Source of the DNA: Bdellovibrionales bacterium | Lineage (GTDB): Bacteria > Bdellovibrionota > Bdellovibrionia > Bdellovibrionales > Bdellovibrionaceae | DNA length: 64,000 bases | Assembly (NCBI GenBank): GCA_043753645.1 | Contig: JAYUWH010000115.1 | Location: 141-64,140, forward strand | Reading direction: 5' to 3' | Part shown: positions 60,911 through 64,000 of the stretch, piece after piece | Position numbering within the stretch: position 1 is the first letter of the stretch | Layout: each line of letters starts with the position of its first letter | The notes under the pieces: generated by a model | The model's input: the letters and a program-made list of their open reading frames with translations, nothing else | What the model was told of the DNA's origin: nothing | Database searches by the model: none | Translations under genes and position numbers: made by a program

Positions 60911-61993
60911 ATGAAAAATAAACTAATATTTATGAGTGTCATCGTAGTTTCAGTTTCAATGTTAAATTTTAAAAAACAAGCTCCAGTGCAAAATGAAATA
61001 ATTCCTAAATTTGCACTTGGATTGCCGTATGCTATTGGCAGCTTACCCGCGAATTGTGATGCGATTATTCAAGGCGCGGTCAGCGCAGAGCCAGCGGTTG
61101 GTACCTACGTCAATCATGTCCTTGATCATATCCATGGACAATTTTACCGTTTCAATAAAATGGAAAGTGCTGATGTTGAAATGGTTTTTTGTCGATTGAT
61201 AAATAATCTTGGTATGAATCCGGACCTCAGCAAGTTACCGCAATCAATTAGTCGTACGGTGAATGGCCATGTGACTACTTTAGATGTCACGACTCCAACC
61301 GAACCTTTTGCCACGACATTAGGTTACATCGCTAAGGCGGATATCAAATATGACGGCGCTACCTTCGTCAAATTGTGGTGGGCAGGAAATTCGGCAGCAT
61401 CAAAAGGCTATCTTATTCAAGATTCAAACCCCTACAACACCACCGGAGAAAAACATTTAAAATACGCCCAGTGGAATCGTACTACTTCGGCGCAAACCAT
61501 AAAAATATATTCAACGGCTTTTAATACTTCGTATTTAACTAACCCGAATTATGTGAATCCGGTCGATGCCTCAAAGCCCGGTGGTGACCGTGCCCACTTT
61601 GGTCGTGCGACGTATGACTCTGTTACGAAAGCCGTGTCTGTGCAAGCTATGGAAGTTAGACAAGATAGAAATAACAACAATATTTTTTCTTGTTACAAAA
61701 TGCAAATTGCCGGTACCGTTAGTGGCACCATCAGTGGCTACCGTCCTGCTGTAGGCACTCCAGATTCTCCGGCGGACACAAATAAAGACGGCACGCACAT
61801 AGATGGAGTTTCAGGGATCGTAGACAATGTTTCGACAGCAGATGGTACAGGCACCATTATTTCTTCGCCAGCTGCACTTCCACAACCGTTTGATTACAGC
61901 TGTTCAGACATTAACACTGCTGGAAGTAGCGGAGCCTTTGTTGGAAATCATGTTAACTTCAATCTAACTCCAGCAAATGTATTTCCTAACTAA
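60911..61993 (+). CDS. Hypothetical secreted protein (360 aa)
   Basis: SD AAGGAG directly after the lipoprotein A stop; N-terminal hydrophobic segment; Gly/Thr/Ser/Asn-rich; four Cys. Confidence 0.85.
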   Translation: MKNKLIFMSVIVVSVSMLNFKKQAPVQNEIIPKFALGLPYAIGSLPANCDAIIQGAVSAEPAVGTYVNHVLDHIHGQFYRFNKMESADVEMVFCRLINNLGMNPDLSKLPQSISRTVNGHVTTLDVTTPTEPFATTLGYIAKADIKYDGATFVKLWWAGNSAASKGYLIQDSNPYNTTGEKHLKYAQWNRTTSAQTIKIYSTAFNTSYLTNPNYVNPVDASKPGGDRAHFGRATYDSVTKAVSVQAMEVRQDRNNNNIFSCYKMQIAGTVSGTISGYRPAVGTPDSPADTNKDGTHIDGVSGIVDNVSTADGTGTIISSPAALPQPFDYSCSDINTAGSSGAFVGNHVNFNLTPANVFPN

Positions 61994-62002
61994 TGGCTAG
62001 AT

Positions 62003-62929
62003 GTGAAAGAAATTAAAAAGAAAAATCTTACGATGATAGATTCTGCCAAAAAGGATGCGGCCTCTGAAAAGGGGTCTGCATCTATTATAGCTAAGAAGCC
62101 TAGCGTGTTCCAATACCATGATTACACTTTATATTTAAATGACTGGCTTCAATTTCAAAAGCAGTCACAAAAAGGTTTTTCGCTTCGAAAACTAGCAACA
62201 GCCCAAGGAATTTCAATTGGCTATTTGCCGATGGTCTTATCTGGAAAAAGGCCACTATCTATGGCGTCGCTAAATAAATTAATGCCCGCTCTGCAGTTTT
62301 CAAAAAGTGAACAGCAATTTTTCGAAAGTATTCACACGTTAAGTACGACCTCATCACAGAACGAGCGCATGGAATGCCTTCATCAAATGAAAAAGTACAG
62401 CGCTTACCGCGAACATTATCCCAATGAAAGTGAAATTTATCGGTATCTGACGAAGTGGTATTACTACACAATTCGCGAACTGGCTGCAGATCCTGAATTC
62501 AAACTAGACGCCCCATGGGTACAGGGCCGGTTACGCCAGCACGTACCCTTGGCCGAAATCCAAGAAACTTTAGATTTTCTAGTGCAAAATAAATATATAA
62601 TTATCAACGAGACAGGCATAGCAACACCCCCCGAAAAACACTTAACCTGCGAGGGTGGTATTTATAAAGTTGCGCTGACTGAATATCATCGTCAACTTTT
62701 AAACTTGGCTGAAAAATCTATTGAAAATGCAACATCGAATGAACGACAATTGATCGGGCATACCTTTGCTATTTCAGAAAAAAAGTTTGAAAAGATCAGC
62801 GATTTATTAAAAGATGTTATTAAAAAAATTCAGACTATAACCGACGAGCCCGATACCGAACCGCGCGATGCAGTTTATCATGTTGAAATGGCATTATTTC
62901 CACTGACGAAAAATAAGGAAAAAAAATGA
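62003..62929 (+). CDS. TIGR02147/DUF4423-family HTH protein
   Basis: F.Y.DY..YL, FSLRKLA...GIS.GYL..VLSGKRPLS (Xre-like HTH), WYY.TIREL, YHRQ.L.LA...I, VY....ALFPLT. Confidence 0.85.
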   Translation: MKEIKKKNLTMIDSAKKDAASEKGSASIIAKKPSVFQYHDYTLYLNDWLQFQKQSQKGFSLRKLATAQGISIGYLPMVLSGKRPLSMASLNKLMPALQFSKSEQQFFESIHTLSTTSSQNERMECLHQMKKYSAYREHYPNESEIYRYLTKWYYYTIRELAADPEFKLDAPWVQGRLRQHVPLAEIQETLDFLVQNKYIIINETGIATPPEKHLTCEGGIYKVALTEYHRQLLNLAEKSIENATSNERQLIGHTFAISEKKFEKISDLLKDVIKKIQTITDEPDTEPRDAVYHVEMALFPLTKNKEKK

Positions 62930-63099
62930 ACCAGAAATTAAAAACAAAATTCAGTATTCGCTCGATTGCACTTAGCTTTGTTATATTTCTGCTAAGTGCA
63001 CTTCTTTTACAGGGCTGTAATTCAGGGGCAGGTGGCTCGACGGGCGGAAACCCGCTGCAATCATCACTGCCCTTACAGATTTCTGCAGACGCGCAGTAA
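62926..63099 (+). CDS. Tiny lipoprotein B (57 aa), C-terminus ISADAQ
   Basis: ATGA overlap with the TIGR02147 stop, SD AAGGA; MNQKLKTKFSIRSIALSFVIFLLSALLLQGCNSGAGGSTGGNPLQSSLPLQISADAQ; lipobox LQGC. Confidence 0.8.
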   Translation: MNQKLKTKFSIRSIALSFVIFLLSALLLQGCNSGAGGSTGGNPLQSSLPLQISADAQ

Positions 63100-63726
63100 G
63101 GGTAGTCATCGACAACCATGCCAGTTACAGCTGGTACTGCAATTGAACTGCTTTTTTATGTGAAACGTACGTTTTTAAGTCAGTATCCATTTCGGTACCA
63201 AATTTATAGGAATCGATGACTAATATGGCTTTTTTATGAATTCTTCAACGGCTTCAGCAGAAACATAAAATACATTGCCGGTTGATGCCTGCAATATTAA
63301 TGGAATCTTTACCAGAGTACCTACTAGAAAATTCTGATCATCGACGGCATTACTAAATGGCGGGAGGAACAAAAATGTAAGTGGGTTTTGTAAAGTATTG
63401 AATACGCTTTTAAATTCTTCGCTACCCCTTGGAATTTTCGCGTACGGCAAAGTGTATTTATTTAACAGCGACAAAGCTGTCCTTCCTTTAAACCCTGTTC
63501 AGAATGAGCCCCACTTTCAGATCATTGATCCTACTAACGTCTTAGAAGTTCCAGTGTATTTGTATTACTACTCACAGCCCTATTACACAAAACTGCATTA
63601 TGAAGTACTGGCAACGCTAAAAAAGCCTTCGCTGATCGCTTTACTTAGGTGTTAGTGACTGTCTTAACTTTTTTAAGCTTTATGTATAGATTTGACAAAA
63701 GGCTGCTCGACGCGAAAGAGTATCGG

Positions 63727-64000
63727 ATGGAATTAACAAAAGAATTACGCAGTTTAGTAAAACACACCGTTGCCATTCTAGGAAAAGTATTACAACGAGA
63801 GCTTGGCACCGACGGTTATGAACATATTGAAAATGTTCGCGCCAGCATGGCTGATTTACGCAAAAGCTCTGACCATCAAGAATTAAGTGAATTGCAAAAA
63901 CAGTTCAAGCAACTGAATAAACTTTCATCTCAACAACAAAGTGATATTGCCCACGCATTTACATTAATGCTGGAACTTATTAACTCATGTGAAAACGCTT
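63727..64000 (+). CDS. ppc: Phosphoenolpyruvate carboxylase, N-terminal part (truncated by window edge)
   Basis: ELRSLV...V.ILGKVL..ELG...YE.IE.VR and IAHAFTLMLELINSCE resemble the PEPC N-terminus; TTGACA upstream. Confidence 0.65.
   Translation, partial: MELTKELRSLVKHTVAILGKVLQRELGTDGYEHIENVRASMADLRKSSDHQELSELQKQFKQLNKLSSQQQSDIAHAFTLMLELINSCENA

Larger units (their letters stand above)
54755..63700. mobile_element. Putative tRNA-adjacent accessory island (no integrase seen)
   Basis: Abrupt switch from housekeeping genes to orphan and envelope genes, long AT-rich spacers and gene remnants between tRNA-Arg and ppc; no att duplication found. Confidence 0.45.

Noticed and set aside
60771-61993. 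Stop-codon readthrough fusing lipoprotein A to the 360-aa protein
   Set aside because: Frames differ (offset 140 nt), readthrough meets TGA four codons later, and the downstream gene has its own SD and signal segment
1419-62471. Numerous 60-150 aa ORFs nested within or antisense to well-supported genes (e.g. 9897-10205, 12209-12547, 40627-41067, 56832-57146)
   Set aside because: Shadow ORFs of conserved genes with no independent coding signals
62835-63119. 94-aa Cys/Pro-rich minus-strand ORF as a RiPP precursor
   Set aside because: It is the antisense shadow of lipoprotein B and the regulator 3' end; no SD and no modifying enzymes nearby
1-64000. CRISPR array, rRNA, IS/transposase, prophage or integrase genes
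   Set aside because: No repeat-spacer array, rRNA-like segment or recombinase/transposase motifs were seen

Overview
Low-GC bacterial chromosome segment, most consistent with Bdellovibrionota (predatory Bdellovibrio-like bacteria). This assignment is inferred from a RomR-type polarity regulator, archaeal-type topoisomerase VI, a TIGR02147-family regulator, sigma28-type promoters and many orphan secreted proteins. Positions ~1-54.7 kb are mainly housekeeping: hutI/hutU/hutH, gpmA, sucAB-lpdA, def-fmt-rpe, lptG, nadC, birA, aconitase, top6AB, bolA-grxD, D-2-hydroxyglutarate dehydrogenase/serA and cdsA/plsC. Secreted enzymes are interspersed (phospholipase D, a lytic-transglycosylase-like protein, a serpin, a subtilase). 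tRNA-Arg(UCU) at 54678-54754 is followed by a ~9 kb accessory block ending before ppc (63727). The block holds (i) a lipid-modification-like cluster: an aminoacyl-lipid synthase (DUF2156) fused to a rhomboid with both catalytic residues, a START/SRPBCC-like protein, a DUF1207-like barrel and an HpnI/ceramide-glucosyltransferase-like GT2; and (ii) a four-gene cassette in which two tiny lipoprotein genes absent from the ORF track (42 and 57 aa) share the lipobox LLQGC and the C-terminus (M/L)PxxI(A/S)ADAQ-stop, flanking a secreted orphan and a TIGR02147 HTH protein. These are the two best candidates for an undescribed system. All calls come from reading motifs by eye; no database searches were run.
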